Positions 1 to 9,685 are shown, counted from the first letter of the stretch. The stretch is 32,000 nucleotides of DNA from an uncultured Lachnospiraceae bacterium (GCA_900551895.1 URXX01000003.1:118655-150654), one strand, 5' to 3'. The notes: generated by a model not told the origin, from the letters alone. Numbers and translations: made by a program.

Positions 1-96
1 GAAAAAGGGCTTGTTATTTTCATTATCATTACAATGATAATTTCTCTTTTCTAACTTTTAACTTTGTTTACTCTAACTAAAAGAAGGGGGGATTTT

Positions 97-354
97 ATGT
101 TTATGTCCATTATACTTATTTTTCTAAACTTTGCATTGTTTTTCAAAAGCCTTTGGAACTGGTTCTCTCTTACAGGTATCGATTCCAATATGATTTCCTT
201 ATTCGCATTATTGTGGTGTATCATTATCGCAGTTGTTCCTGCTGCCTACTGTGCCGAGCGTGAAAAACAATATTTAGAAGCATCAGTCAGCCGTAAAAAG
301 CAAATCATTATTCTCTGCATATTTGCCTTTATTGTTGCAGGACTTTATGTGTAA
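97..354 (+). CDS. small hydrophobic membrane protein of unknown function
   Basis: ORF track 64..354; the start at 97 follows a GGGGGG-type RBS; two hydrophobic segments (MSIILIFLNFALFF, IILCIFAFIVAGLYV). Confidence 0.55.
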   Translation: MFMSIILIFLNFALFFKSLWNWFSLTGIDSNMISLFALLWCIIIAVVPAAYCAEREKQYLEASVSRKKQIIILCIFAFIVAGLYV

Positions 355-368
355 AAGAGGTGAATAAA

Positions 369-683
369 ATGCCTAAGAAATTTTTTGTTTTACTTATTTG
401 CAGTATGGTTCTGACAGGTTGTGCCACTTCCAAACAGGAAAATACACAAAAACAAGAAATCGTTCGAGAGGAAACCTCTCTTATTAATGCTCCTGAAATG
501 ATGAACTATAAATACTGCGTTAAACTGACCGGAGAAAGTAATAACGCTAAATGTAAAAGTTATTACACTGTTCTGACAAATGATAAATCACTTACCTTTG
601 AAACTGTTGATCGAAAATTTTGGAGCAGTTCCACAGAAAATACAAATGATTTTTATATTGTAGAACAGGGGATAGTTGAGTAA
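369..683 (+). CDS. small putative lipoprotein
   Basis: Lipobox-like N-terminus MPKKFFVLLICSMVLTGCATS; ATG at 369 preceded by AGAGGTG. Confidence 0.6.
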   Translation: MPKKFFVLLICSMVLTGCATSKQENTQKQEIVREETSLINAPEMMNYKYCVKLTGESNNAKCKSYYTVLTNDKSLTFETVDRKFWSSSTENTNDFYIVEQGIVE

Positions 684-706
684 AGGAGGGAAAATACCCT
701 CCTTTA
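681..706. terminator. perfect 10-bp inverted repeat between convergent genes
   Basis: taaaggaggg-aaaata-ccctccttta; 681-683 is the stop of the + gene and 704-706 the stop of the - gene. Confidence 0.6.
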
Positions 707-1441
707 TCGCTGTATAAACACGTACTTTTTCTCGTTCGACATACTTTCTTCAAATTCATAGTCGTTCCAGTCAAACGCTTTTATCTGTTCCGGTTCATCA
801 ATTCTGTTTTTGGCGATAAACCGTACCATTTGTCCTCTCGCCATTTTTGCCGAAGTCGTAATCGTCCGCAATTTACCTTTATGATAAGTCAGAAATTCTA
901 CATCAATAAATCTGTCATGTTTCGCATATTTCCGAATTGTCTTTGCGTATTCTTCCGACGCCAAATTCAACACAATCTGATTTTCTCTGTAAACTTCCTC
1001 ATACAGTAAATCGCCCCAAAACTGATATAAATTCTTATCATCAATTTTCAATCTGCATTGCATTTCCAATCGATACGGTAAAATCTCATCCAACGGTCTG
1101 ACCGCTCCATAGCAGGCGCTCAAAATTCGCAGATGCGTATTGATAAACTCCATTTCTTCTGCCGAAAATGTTTCCGCATCTATATTTTTAAACACAAGAC
1201 CGTCATAAGTCAAAATCGCAGGCGTTCCCTCCTTATGTAAATCAAAATTTTGTATATCCATAAACGCCTGTATTGCCAGTTTCTCATTGATTTTCATTAA
1301 CGTTTCCAACTCATAAGGCTGATATTCTTTTAATTTTTTTATGATTTCTTCTGTTTCTTTTGGAAATGCAACCGTACTCAGTGTTACATCATCTCTTTTT
1401 CGTATTTTCATGTTTTTTGCAGGTGAAATAATTGTCAGCAT
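704..1441 (-). CDS. yaaA: YaaA/DUF328 family peroxide stress protein
   Basis: N-terminus MLTIISPAKNM, internal LSACYGAVRPLDEILPYRLEMQ and KRARGQMVRFI-like C-terminal motif (KMARGQMVRFIAKN). Confidence 0.9.
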   Translation of the reverse strand: MLTIISPAKNMKIRKRDDVTLSTVAFPKETEEIIKKLKEYQPYELETLMKINEKLAIQAFMDIQNFDLHKEGTPAILTYDGLVFKNIDAETFSAEEMEFINTHLRILSACYGAVRPLDEILPYRLEMQCRLKIDDKNLYQFWGDLLYEEVYRENQIVLNLASEEYAKTIRKYAKHDRFIDVEFLTYHKGKLRTITTSAKMARGQMVRFIAKNRIDEPEQIKAFDWNDYEFEESMSNEKKYVFIQR

Positions 1442-1552
1442 TTTTCTTCTCCTTTTCTGTGACGTTATTATACTGTTTCATAGCATATTTGTCAAAAAAT
1501 AAACGTTTCTTGTCCCTATTATCTAATCATGGTATACTAATAAAAACGTACT

Positions 1553-1656
1553 GATTACAAAGGATTGTACCTGCGTAAGAAGGCATGACATTTCGATTCC
1601 AAGGGGATTTTCTACCCTTTTTTATGTGTGCCTTCCGGCACTTTTCTTTTGTAATC
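1553..1656 (+). promoter_or_regulatory. structured 5' leader upstream of the hydrogenase maturation operon (candidate cis-regulatory RNA)
   Basis: Outer stem gattacaaa (1553-1561)/tttgtaatc (1648-1656); inner stem gaaggca (1579-1585)/tgccttc (1629-1635) plus acat/atgt; apical aaggg/cccttt; promoter-like tatact at 1533-1538. Confidence 0.4.
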
Positions 1657-1676
1657 CCACTATAAAAGGAGGCTTT

Positions 1677-1928
1677 ATGAATACAAGAATTGCACTTATC
1701 GGCATTATTGTCGAAAGTAATGAGTCTGTAAGTGAACTCAATCGACTGTTAAGCGAATACAGTCAATACATTATCGGACGTATGGGCATTCCGTACCGTG
1801 AGAAAAATATTTCCATTATCAGTGTGGCTATTGACGCACCGAATGATATTATCAGTTCACTTTCAGGAAAACTCGGAATGCTTTCGGGCATCAACACAAA
1901 GACAACTTACGCAAAAACATCGGTTTAA
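1677..1928 (+). CDS. TM1266-family iron-only hydrogenase system putative regulator
   Basis: MNTRIALIGIIVESNESVSELNRLLSEYSQYIIGRMGIPYREKNISIISVAIDAPNDIISSLSGKLGMLSGI matches this small ACT-like family; start at 1677 after AAAAGGAGG; adjacent to hydE/G/F. Confidence 0.85.
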   Translation: MNTRIALIGIIVESNESVSELNRLLSEYSQYIIGRMGIPYREKNISIISVAIDAPNDIISSLSGKLGMLSGINTKTTYAKTSV

Positions 1929-1937
1929 GGGGCATTT

Positions 1938-2975
1938 ATGAAACAACTTATTCAAAAATTAAAGGAAACACAAGCATTAACAAAAGACGAGTGGATACAT
2001 CTTATCGACAATCGCACACCCGAACTGGCAGAATATCTCTTTACGCAGGCACGGGAGGTTCAAAATCATTATTACGGAAATAACGTATATATTCGAGGGC
2101 TGATAGAATTTACAAATATTTGTAAAAATGACTGTTTTTACTGCGGTATTCGCAAAGGCAATGAAAACGCCTGTCGATACCGATTAACAAAAGAAGATAT
2201 TTTAGAATGCTGTCGTATCGGTTATCCCCTCGGATTTCGCACATTTGTTTTACAGGGCGGTGAGGACGGTTATTTCACCGATGAAAAAATGGCGGATATC
2301 ATTTCCTCCATAAAATCGGAATATCCCGATTGTGCTATCACACTATCAATCGGGGAAAAATCTTATAACAGTTATAAAACATTTTTTGATGCGGGGGCTG
2401 ACCGCTATCTCCTCCGCCACGAAACATATTCCGCAGACCATTATGAGAAATTGCACCCACATATTTTAAGCGCTAAAAGCCGTCGGAAATGCCTTTGGGA
2501 TTTAAAGGACATCGGCTATCAGGTCGGAACGGGATTTATGGTCGGTTCGCCTTATCAGACAACCGAAAATCTTGCAGAGGATATGCTGTTTATAAAAGAA
2601 TTAAATCCACAGATGGTCGGTATAGGACCATTTATCCCCCACCACGATACGCCGTTCAGAAATTTTCCACAGGGAAGTTTAGAACTCACTTTATTTATGT
2701 TGGCGCTCATCAGACTCATGCTTCCAAAAGTGCTTCTTCCCTCCACAACCGCTCTCGGAACAATCGCACCTGACGGACGAGAACAGGGAATACTTGCAGG
2801 GGCAAACGTAGTCATGCCAAATCTTTCCCCGAAAAGTGTGCGGAAAAATTATCTGCTATACGATAATAAAATTTGTACGGACAGCGAGGCAGCCGAAGGA
2901 TTGAAGCAACTGAAAACACAACTGAAAAAAATCGGATATGAAACCAGCGTTTCCCGAGGGGATTCGCTCAACTAA
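1938..2975 (+). CDS. hydE: [FeFe] hydrogenase H-cluster radical SAM maturase HydE
   Basis: Radical SAM motif CKNDCFYCGI (CX3CX2C), LQGGEDGYF, LRHETYS; operon context with hydG/hydF. Confidence 0.93.
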   Translation: MKQLIQKLKETQALTKDEWIHLIDNRTPELAEYLFTQAREVQNHYYGNNVYIRGLIEFTNICKNDCFYCGIRKGNENACRYRLTKEDILECCRIGYPLGFRTFVLQGGEDGYFTDEKMADIISSIKSEYPDCAITLSIGEKSYNSYKTFFDAGADRYLLRHETYSADHYEKLHPHILSAKSRRKCLWDLKDIGYQVGTGFMVGSPYQTTENLAEDMLFIKELNPQMVGIGPFIPHHDTPFRNFPQGSLELTLFMLALIRLMLPKVLLPSTTALGTIAPDGREQGILAGANVVMPNLSPKSVRKNYLLYDNKICTDSEAAEGLKQLKTQLKKIGYETSVSRGDSLN

Positions 2976-2990
2976 TGAAAGGAGTTTACC

Positions 2991-4412
2991 ATGTACAACA
3001 TTTTATCTGAAAAACCGGAAGAGTTTATTAATCACGAGGAAATTCTTGACACATTGGAATTTGCCGAAAAGAACAAGCATAATGCGGAACTTATCGACCA
3101 GATTATCGAGAAAGCAAAACTTAGAAAAGGACTGACGCACCGTGATGCGTTAGTTTTATTGGACTGTGATATAGAAGAAAAAAATCAGGAAATTTACGCC
3201 CTCGCCGAACAAATCAAAAAAGATTTTTACGGCAATCGTATCGTTATGTTTGCACCGCTTTATCTTTCCAACTATTGTGTAAACGGATGTACATATTGTC
3301 CTTATCACATGAAAAACAAACATATCGCCAGAAAAAAACTGACGCAGGAAGAAATCCGCAAAGAAGTTATCGCTCTTCAGGATATGGGACATAAACGATT
3401 GGCTTTGGAAACCGGCGAAGACCCTGTAAATTCTCCGATTGAATATGTACTTGAATCCATAAAAACAATTTACGGCATCAAACATAAAAACGGTGCAATC
3501 CGCCGTGTAAATGTAAATATTGCCGCAACTACAGTGGAAAATTATCGCAAATTAAAAGAGGCGGGTATCGGCACTTATATTCTTTTTCAAGAAACATACC
3601 ACAAAGAAAGTTATCTTCAACTGCACCCAACCGGACCAAAACATGACTACGACTACCACACAACCGCTATGGACAGAGCAATGCAGGGCGGTATAGATGA
3701 TGTAGGTATCGGTGTCCTTTTCGGTTTGGACAAATACCGCTACGAACTGGCAGGTCTTTTGATGCATGCTGAACATTTGGAGGCTGTTTTCGGAGTAGGA
3801 CCGCACACAATCAGCGTTCCGCGTCTTCGCCATGCAGACGATATTGACGCAGACTCTTTTGACAACGGTATTGATGACGATACTTTTGCCAAAATTGTTG
3901 CCTGTATCCGTATCGCCGTTCCATATACGGGAATGATTATTTCCACAAGAGAAAGTCAAGCGTGCCGTGAACGTGTTCTACATCTCGGCGTATCTCAAAT
4001 TAGCGGTGGCTCTAAAACAAGTGTGGGCGGTTACGCCGAGCCTGAACCTGACGACAATAAATCGGAACAGTTTGATGTAAGTGACACAAGAACTTTAGAC
4101 GAAGTAGTAAAATGGCTTATGGATTTAGGATATATTCCAAGTTTCTGTACCGCCTGCTATCGTGAAGGTCGAACAGGCGACAGATTCATGTCCCTTTGCA
4201 AAAGCGGACAAATCCAAAACTGTTGTCAGCCAAACGCATTGATGACACTGAAAGAATACCTTATGGATTACGCTTCCGAAGCAACAAAAAAAGCAGGCGA
4301 GAAAGTCATTCAGGAAGAAATCGGTAAAATTCCAAACGAAAAAGTCCGTCAGATTGTCATTGAAAATTTAAAAGAAATTGAAAATGAAAATCGAAGAGAT
4401 TTCAGATTTTAG
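2991..4412 (+). CDS. hydG: [FeFe] hydrogenase H-cluster radical SAM maturase HydG
   Basis: CVNGCTYCPYHMKNK radical SAM motif; C-terminal cluster motif CYREGRTGDRFMSLCKSGQIQNCCQPNALMTL. Confidence 0.96.
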   Translation: MYNILSEKPEEFINHEEILDTLEFAEKNKHNAELIDQIIEKAKLRKGLTHRDALVLLDCDIEEKNQEIYALAEQIKKDFYGNRIVMFAPLYLSNYCVNGCTYCPYHMKNKHIARKKLTQEEIRKEVIALQDMGHKRLALETGEDPVNSPIEYVLESIKTIYGIKHKNGAIRRVNVNIAATTVENYRKLKEAGIGTYILFQETYHKESYLQLHPTGPKHDYDYHTTAMDRAMQGGIDDVGIGVLFGLDKYRYELAGLLMHAEHLEAVFGVGPHTISVPRLRHADDIDADSFDNGIDDDTFAKIVACIRIAVPYTGMIISTRESQACRERVLHLGVSQISGGSKTSVGGYAEPEPDDNKSEQFDVSDTRTLDEVVKWLMDLGYIPSFCTACYREGRTGDRFMSLCKSGQIQNCCQPNALMTLKEYLMDYASEATKKAGEKVIQEEIGKIPNEKVRQIVIENLKEIENENRRDFRF

Positions 4413-4422
4413 GAGGAAACAG

Positions 4423-5613
4423 ATGAGTTTAAATAGTACTCCTTCAGCAAACCGCATTCATATCGGCATTTTCGGCAAAAGAAATTGCGGAAAATCCAGT
4501 TTAATCAACGCATTAACCGGACAGAACCTTTCCATTGTATCCGACACAAAGGGAACAACTACCGATCCCGTCCTAAAAGCAATGGAACTTCTTCCGATAG
4601 GACCTGTTGTATTTATCGACACTGCAGGACTTGATGATGAAGGCGAACTGGGGCAGTTACGAATTGCGAAAACATACCAAATGTTAAATAAAACTGATAT
4701 TGCTCTGCTCGTTGTCGATAATTCTGTCGGTATAACTGAGGAAGACAAGAATATCTTAGAGAAAATTCAACAGAAACACATTCCATATTTAATTGTACAA
4801 AACAAATGTGATTTGAAAGAGAACTCTTTGCCCAAACATTCTAAAGATTATATGGAAGTGAGTGCGAAAACAGGTTTTCATATACAGGAATTAAAAGAGA
4901 AAATAGCCTCTCTCCTGCCAACTGAGACAAATCAAACACCAATTGTTCGGGATTTACTCGCTCCGAATGATTTTGTTGTTCTCGTTATACCGATTGATTC
5001 TTCCGCGCCAAAGGGACGGCTCATTTTACCGCAACAGCAGACTATCCGCGATATTTTGGACGCTAACGCTGTTTCTATTGTCGTAAAAGATACGGAATTA
5101 AAAGAAACGCTTGAAAACTTAGGAAAAACACCACAACTTGTCATTACCGACAGTCAGGCATTCAGACAAGTATCGGAGATTGTTCCTAAAAATATTTTGC
5201 TGACTTCTTTCTCTATTTTATTTGCCAGATATAAGGGAAATTTAGATGCAGTGACAGAAGGAGCATTTGCCATTGACCGCTTAAAAGACGGAGATACCGT
5301 ACTGATTTCCGAGGGCTGCACCCACCACCGCCAATGCGGAGATATCGGTACGGTAAAATTACCAAATTTACTGCGAAAATATACACAAAAAGATTTACAT
5401 TTTGTATTTACGAGCGGAGAAGAATTTCCTACAGATTTGACAGGGTATAATCTCATTATTCACTGTGGCGGCTGTATGTTAAACGAGCGGGAAATGAAAT
5501 ATAGACTACGCTATGCCGAAGATGTGAATGTTCCGATAACCAATTACGGTATTGCCATTGCGAAAATGAACGGGATTTTAGAAAGAAGTTTAGAAGTCTT
5601 TCAAAAAGACTAG
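4423..5613 (+). CDS. hydF: [FeFe] hydrogenase H-cluster maturation GTPase HydF
   Basis: P-loop GKRNCGKSSLINAL, DTAG, NKCD; C-terminal EGCTHHRQCGDIG and IIHCGGCML Cys/His ligands; ATG at 4423 after AGGAGG. Confidence 0.95.
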   Translation: MSLNSTPSANRIHIGIFGKRNCGKSSLINALTGQNLSIVSDTKGTTTDPVLKAMELLPIGPVVFIDTAGLDDEGELGQLRIAKTYQMLNKTDIALLVVDNSVGITEEDKNILEKIQQKHIPYLIVQNKCDLKENSLPKHSKDYMEVSAKTGFHIQELKEKIASLLPTETNQTPIVRDLLAPNDFVVLVIPIDSSAPKGRLILPQQQTIRDILDANAVSIVVKDTELKETLENLGKTPQLVITDSQAFRQVSEIVPKNILLTSFSILFARYKGNLDAVTEGAFAIDRLKDGDTVLISEGCTHHRQCGDIGTVKLPNLLRKYTQKDLHFVFTSGEEFPTDLTGYNLIIHCGGCMLNEREMKYRLRYAEDVNVPITNYGIAIAKMNGILERSLEVFQKD

Positions 5614-5618
5614 AAAAT

Positions 5619-5666
5619 TTTCCCTTTAGAAGCTCACGGATAAAAGGCAGAGGTTCTAAAGGGAAT
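5619..5666 (+). terminator. rho-independent terminator after hydF
   Basis: 13-bp stem tttccctttagaa (5619-5631)/ttctaaagggaaa-like (5654-5666) followed by a T run. Confidence 0.7.
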
Positions 5667-5669
5667 TTT

Positions 5670-5927
5670 TTATTTATATATCAACAAAATTGCCACCTGC
5701 ATCACTAAAATCATCGGCACTCCCAAATTGAATTTCTTTTTTCTTGTCTTATGATGAAATACACTCATTCCAAATAATGCCCCCACAGAGCCTCCCAGAA
5801 AAGCCACACCTAAAAGAGTATTTTCGCTAATTCTCCACTGACCTTTTCTCGCTCTCCTTTTATCTATCCCATATATAAAAAATGCAATAACGTTTATGAA
5901 TAGCAAATAAATCACAAAAGTTTTCAT
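5670..5927 (-). CDS. DUF1294 family membrane protein
   Basis: YGIDKRRARKGQWRISENTLLGVAFLGGSVGALFGMSVFHHKTRKKKF is typical of DUF1294. Confidence 0.85.
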   Translation of the reverse strand: MKTFVIYLLFINVIAFFIYGIDKRRARKGQWRISENTLLGVAFLGGSVGALFGMSVFHHKTRKKKFNLGVPMILVMQVAILLIYK

Positions 5928-6010
5928 TTTCCTCTCCTTCTACTATGTTTCATCTTCTTATTATGATATAATATCCACAACAAATTTGTAAATATATCAG
6001 GAGGAATGTC

Positions 6011-6679
6011 ATGAATTTTCTAAGCATTTTCGATGTGATTGGTCCAAATATGATTGGCCCATCCAGTTCACACACTGCCGGTGCAGTTGCCATTGCACTG
6101 CTTGCACGAAAGATGTTTGCACAACCAATAGATAAAGTCACATTTACATTATACGGCTCATTTGCCAAAACTTACCGCGGACACGGAACTGATAAGGCGT
6201 TGTTGGGAGGAACTCTCGGCTTCTCTACAGATGACGAGAGAATACGGGACGCTTTTTCCATAGCCGATGAGAAGGGATTGGAATACCACTACATTATCGA
6301 TGAGGAAACGATAACAGATCACCCGAATACTGCCGATATTGTATTGGAAAATAAAGCAGGGCATATCCTTTCCATTCGCGGAGAGTCTATAGGCGGAGGA
6401 AAGATGAAAATTGTCCGTATCAACGATATTGACGTTGAATTTACCGGAGAATACAGCACACTGATTGTACAGCAGATTGATAAACCGGGAGTAGTTGCCC
6501 ATATTACCCAATGTTTAAGCGAAGAAAACGTAAATATTGCTTTTATGCGTCTATTCCGCGAAGACAAAGGCGCAACCGCATTTACAATCGTGGAATCCGA
6601 TGAGGAAATTCCGGAAGAAATTTTAGAGAAAATCCGTGTAAATAAACACGTAAAAGATTTAATGCTGATTCAGATGTAG
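6011..6679 (+). CDS. sdaAB: L-serine dehydratase, iron-sulfur-dependent, beta subunit
   Basis: SIFDVIGPNMIGPSSSHTAGAVAIA; GHGTDKALLGG; C-terminal ACT-like domain; paired with sdaAA. Confidence 0.94.
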   Translation: MNFLSIFDVIGPNMIGPSSSHTAGAVAIALLARKMFAQPIDKVTFTLYGSFAKTYRGHGTDKALLGGTLGFSTDDERIRDAFSIADEKGLEYHYIIDEETITDHPNTADIVLENKAGHILSIRGESIGGGKMKIVRINDIDVEFTGEYSTLIVQQIDKPGVVAHITQCLSEENVNIAFMRLFREDKGATAFTIVESDEEIPEEILEKIRVNKHVKDLMLIQM

Positions 6680-6691
6680 GGGGATATAAAA

Positions 6692-7564
6692 ATGGATTTT
6701 TTTAATGGACAAACTTTATTAAACTTATGTAAAAAAGAACAAATTTCTATCTCCGCTGCTATGAAAGAGCGTGAAATTACTATGGGAACTCTTTCGTCTG
6801 AGGAAGTAGATAAAAAACTAGCCGAAGTGCTTACAATTATGAAAAATTCCGCCCACAAACCGATACAGACTCCGGGAAAATCTATCGGCGGTCTTATCGG
6901 AGGCGAGGCAAAGCAGGTTGCCGACCATGCAAAAACAAATACAAGCATATGTGGTTCTATGCTGTCTAAAGCCATTTCTTACAGTATGGCTGTTTTAGAA
7001 GTCAACGCGTCCATGGGATTAATTGTAGCCGCTCCAACTGCCGGTTCGTCGGGTGTCGTTCCCGGAACTTTACTCGCTCTTCAAGAAGAGAAAGCATTGT
7101 CAGACGCACTCCTTTTTGACGGACTTCTAAACGCAAGTGCTGTCGGATATATTTTAATGCGAAACGCTTCTGTTTCCGGTGCGGAGGCAGGTTGTCAAGC
7201 GGAAGTCGGCGCTGCATCGGCAATGGCCGCATCGGCGGTAGTGGAAATGATGGGCGGAACACCTGAAATGTGTCTGACTGCTGCGGGAATCGCTCTTTCA
7301 AATCTACTCGGTCTTGTATGCGACCCAATCGCCGGACTTGTTGAGTCCCCTTGTCAGAGTCGAAATGCAATCGGGGTTGCCAACGCAATCACTTCCGCTG
7401 AACTGGCACTGAGCGGAGTTGCACACCCGATTCCATTTGACGAAATGGCTGAAGCAATGTTCCGTGTAGGAAAAAGTCTTCCATTTGAACTTCGTGAAAC
7501 TGCTATGGGCGGATGTGCCGGTACACCGACCGGATGTAGTTTAGGATGCAGTATTTGCAAATAA
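6692..7564 (+). CDS. sdaAA: L-serine dehydratase, iron-sulfur-dependent, alpha subunit
   Basis: APTAGSSGVVPGTLLAL; GCQAEVGAASAMAASA; CDPIAGLVESPCQSRNAIG. Confidence 0.95.
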   Translation: MDFFNGQTLLNLCKKEQISISAAMKEREITMGTLSSEEVDKKLAEVLTIMKNSAHKPIQTPGKSIGGLIGGEAKQVADHAKTNTSICGSMLSKAISYSMAVLEVNASMGLIVAAPTAGSSGVVPGTLLALQEEKALSDALLFDGLLNASAVGYILMRNASVSGAEAGCQAEVGAASAMAASAVVEMMGGTPEMCLTAAGIALSNLLGLVCDPIAGLVESPCQSRNAIGVANAITSAELALSGVAHPIPFDEMAEAMFRVGKSLPFELRETAMGGCAGTPTGCSLGCSICK

Positions 7565-7568
7565 AAAC

Positions 7569-7601
7569 AAGGTCTGTTTCATTTTTCTCGAAACAGACCT
7601 T
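7569..7601. terminator. bidirectional rho-independent terminator
   Basis: 12-bp perfect stem aaggtctgtttc/gaaacagacctt flanked by A/T-rich tracts, between convergent genes. Confidence 0.85.
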
Positions 7602-7605
7602 ATTT

Positions 7606-8427
7606 TTACGGAATATAAAATCCATAATGTACTTTTCCATTTTCCCATGTGGCAGTCACTTCATACACATAGGATTTTTTTGCTCTTTTTATGTATCCGA
7701 TATTGCCGTCCAATGTCACCCGTACACGATGTCCGCGGGATGCCGCTTCTTTCGTTGTGCCTACCGGCCACCTCACTACTTTAATATAATTCGGCTCAGT
7801 GGAAAAAATCAATTTTAAATCTGCATTTTCTCCGTCACAGACAACATCTGCTAATCCCTCTTTTTCTAAAAAAGAAATATCCTCCACTTTTTCCAGTTGC
7901 TGATTGCCATTCATATCTTTGTATTCCCACTCGTAATTTCCCTCAGTGGCAGCAGTTGTGACCAAACCGTTTTTCTGCATATTTTCAATGTCTAAATACG
8001 GAACGTCCGCCTTGCTTGGTTTTTGAACAAATTTGGCAACCTCCTGCTCATATTTTTTCGTATCCTCCACAGTTCCTTTTTGTACACGAACCATTTTCGT
8101 CACACCCGGATACTGCCCCGGATAAGACTCTAACATTTTTCCGTCACCATAACAGGCTATAATATCTCCCGCATTCAACTCGCTTTGCTTTATCCTTTTC
8201 TTGTTTTCATCATATAATTTGTCCTCCGGAATAATCGCATAAAATGGAGATTCCGTACTTCTGTCAAAAAAGATATAGGCGTCATCGCCGCACGGAACAT
8301 ACATGGCTTCTATGGGCTTATGATTTTCTTTTGTACTTTTTTGTTTTTCTTCTTTTTTACACGCTGTAAGGCAGACACAAAAAAATACCAACATAATTAG
8401 TAAACTTGTTCCCGCTTTCTTTCTCAT
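7606..8427 (-). CDS. putative lipoprotein of unknown function
   Basis: From Met16 of the track ORF: MRKKAGTSLLIMLVFFCVCLTACKKEEKQ lipobox. Confidence 0.6.
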   Translation of the reverse strand: MRKKAGTSLLIMLVFFCVCLTACKKEEKQKSTKENHKPIEAMYVPCGDDAYIFFDRSTESPFYAIIPEDKLYDENKKRIKQSELNAGDIIACYGDGKMLESYPGQYPGVTKMVRVQKGTVEDTKKYEQEVAKFVQKPSKADVPYLDIENMQKNGLVTTAATEGNYEWEYKDMNGNQQLEKVEDISFLEKEGLADVVCDGENADLKLIFSTEPNYIKVVRWPVGTTKEAASRGHRVRVTLDGNIGYIKRAKKSYVYEVTATWENGKVHYGFYIP

Positions 8428-9143
8428 ACCGTAATTCCTTCCAACACTTCTCCTATCGGCTTCTGAATGCACAAGTCCGCCTGTTCATCCCTAGACGTTG
8501 CGCTCTTGTTAATCACAACAAGATATTTTCCCCTAAAATAATCAATAAAACTTGCCGCCGGATAAACAACAAGAGATGTTCCCCCGATAATCAGCATATC
8601 TGCCTCCGCAATTTCTCTCACAGATTTTTGAATAATTGTACTGTCCAAACTTTCCTCATAGAGAACGACATCCGGCTTTATTCTTCCTCCGCATTCACAG
8701 AGAGGGATACCTTTTGCATTTTTAACATATTTTGCATCGTAAAATTTTCCGCATTTCTGACAATAATTGCGGTGAATGCTTCCGTGCAGTTCCAATACAT
8801 TTTTACTTCCTGCCAACTGATGCAGACCGTCTATATTTTGTGTAATAACGGCACTTAACTTTCCCTTTTCTTCCATTTCCGCCAGTTTTAAATGTGCCTT
8901 GTTCGGTTTTGCATCTAAGAACATCATTTTTGATTTATAAAACTCATAAAATAATTCCGGTTTCTTCTGAAAAAATGTGTGGCTGACAACCTGCTCCGGC
9001 GGATAAGCATATTTTTCCTGATAAATACCGTCACTGCTGCGAAAATCCGGAATATCGCTCTCTGTAGATACTCCCGCTCCTCCGAAAAATACAATTCGCT
9101 GACTTTCATCTACCATTTTTTGAAGTAACGCTAACTTTTCCAT
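8424..9143 (-). CDS. cobB: NAD-dependent protein deacylase, SIR2/CobB family
   Basis: VFFGGAGVSTESDIPDFRS; TQNIDGLH; HGS; two CxxC zinc pairs; GGTSLVVYPAA. Confidence 0.92.
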   Translation of the reverse strand: MEKLALLQKMVDESQRIVFFGGAGVSTESDIPDFRSSDGIYQEKYAYPPEQVVSHTFFQKKPELFYEFYKSKMMFLDAKPNKAHLKLAEMEEKGKLSAVITQNIDGLHQLAGSKNVLELHGSIHRNYCQKCGKFYDAKYVKNAKGIPLCECGGRIKPDVVLYEESLDSTIIQKSVREIAEADMLIIGGTSLVVYPAASFIDYFRGKYLVVINKSATSRDEQADLCIQKPIGEVLEGITV

Positions 9144-9685
9144 TAGAAAACCTCCTTCTTATATACTTCTCCTGCTAAATTTTTCCACAAATATACATTG
9201 TCCTCAATAATCATATAACTGTGTTCTGAATTTTCTTTCGGAATGGATACCGAACCGGGATTGAGATAAATGTATTTTCCAATCCACTCTCCCGCCGGCA
9301 CATGAAAATGCCCGTTCAGTAAAATATCCCCTTCTTTTAACATAGGAAGATTTTCCCTGTTAAACTGATGTCCGTGCGTAGCAAAAATCGTTCTGTCATT
9401 TACGGAAAGAATTGCGTAATCTGCTAATATCGAAAACTCCAGCACCATCTGGTCTACTTCCGTATCACAGTTTCCTCTGACACAGAGCAATTCTGTTTTC
9501 ATCTTGTTTAACATTTCAATTACTTTTTTCGGCTCATATCCTTTCGGCAAATCATTTCTCGGTCCATGATATAAAATATCGCCTAAAAGCAATAATCTGT
9601 CTGCTTTCTCCCTGCGAAATGCGTCTATCATTTTCTCGCAATAATATGCAGAACCGTGTATGTCTGATGCAATCATTAATTTCAT
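9143..9685 (-). CDS. YfcE family phosphodiesterase
   Basis: IASDIHGS, LLGDILYHGPRN, CVRGNCD, THGH, NGHFH metallophosphoesterase motifs. Confidence 0.9.
   Translation of the reverse strand: MKLMIASDIHGSAYYCEKMIDAFRREKADRLLLLGDILYHGPRNDLPKGYEPKKVIEMLNKMKTELLCVRGNCDTEVDQMVLEFSILADYAILSVNDRTIFATHGHQFNRENLPMLKEGDILLNGHFHVPAGEWIGKYIYLNPGSVSIPKENSEHSYMIIEDNVYLWKNLAGEVYKKEVF

Noticed and set aside
1626-1676. Extended N-terminus MCLPALFFCNPTIKGGF of the TM1266-family ORF
   Set aside because: The RBS AAAAGGAGG lies inside the extension and the family starts at MNTRIALIG; the upstream part is better explained as structured leader.
7606-8472. Possibility that the upstream extension of the lipoprotein ORF (MHSEADRRSVGRNYG...) is real
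   Set aside because: That extension overlaps the end of the sirtuin gene; the signal peptide begins at the next Met (8427).
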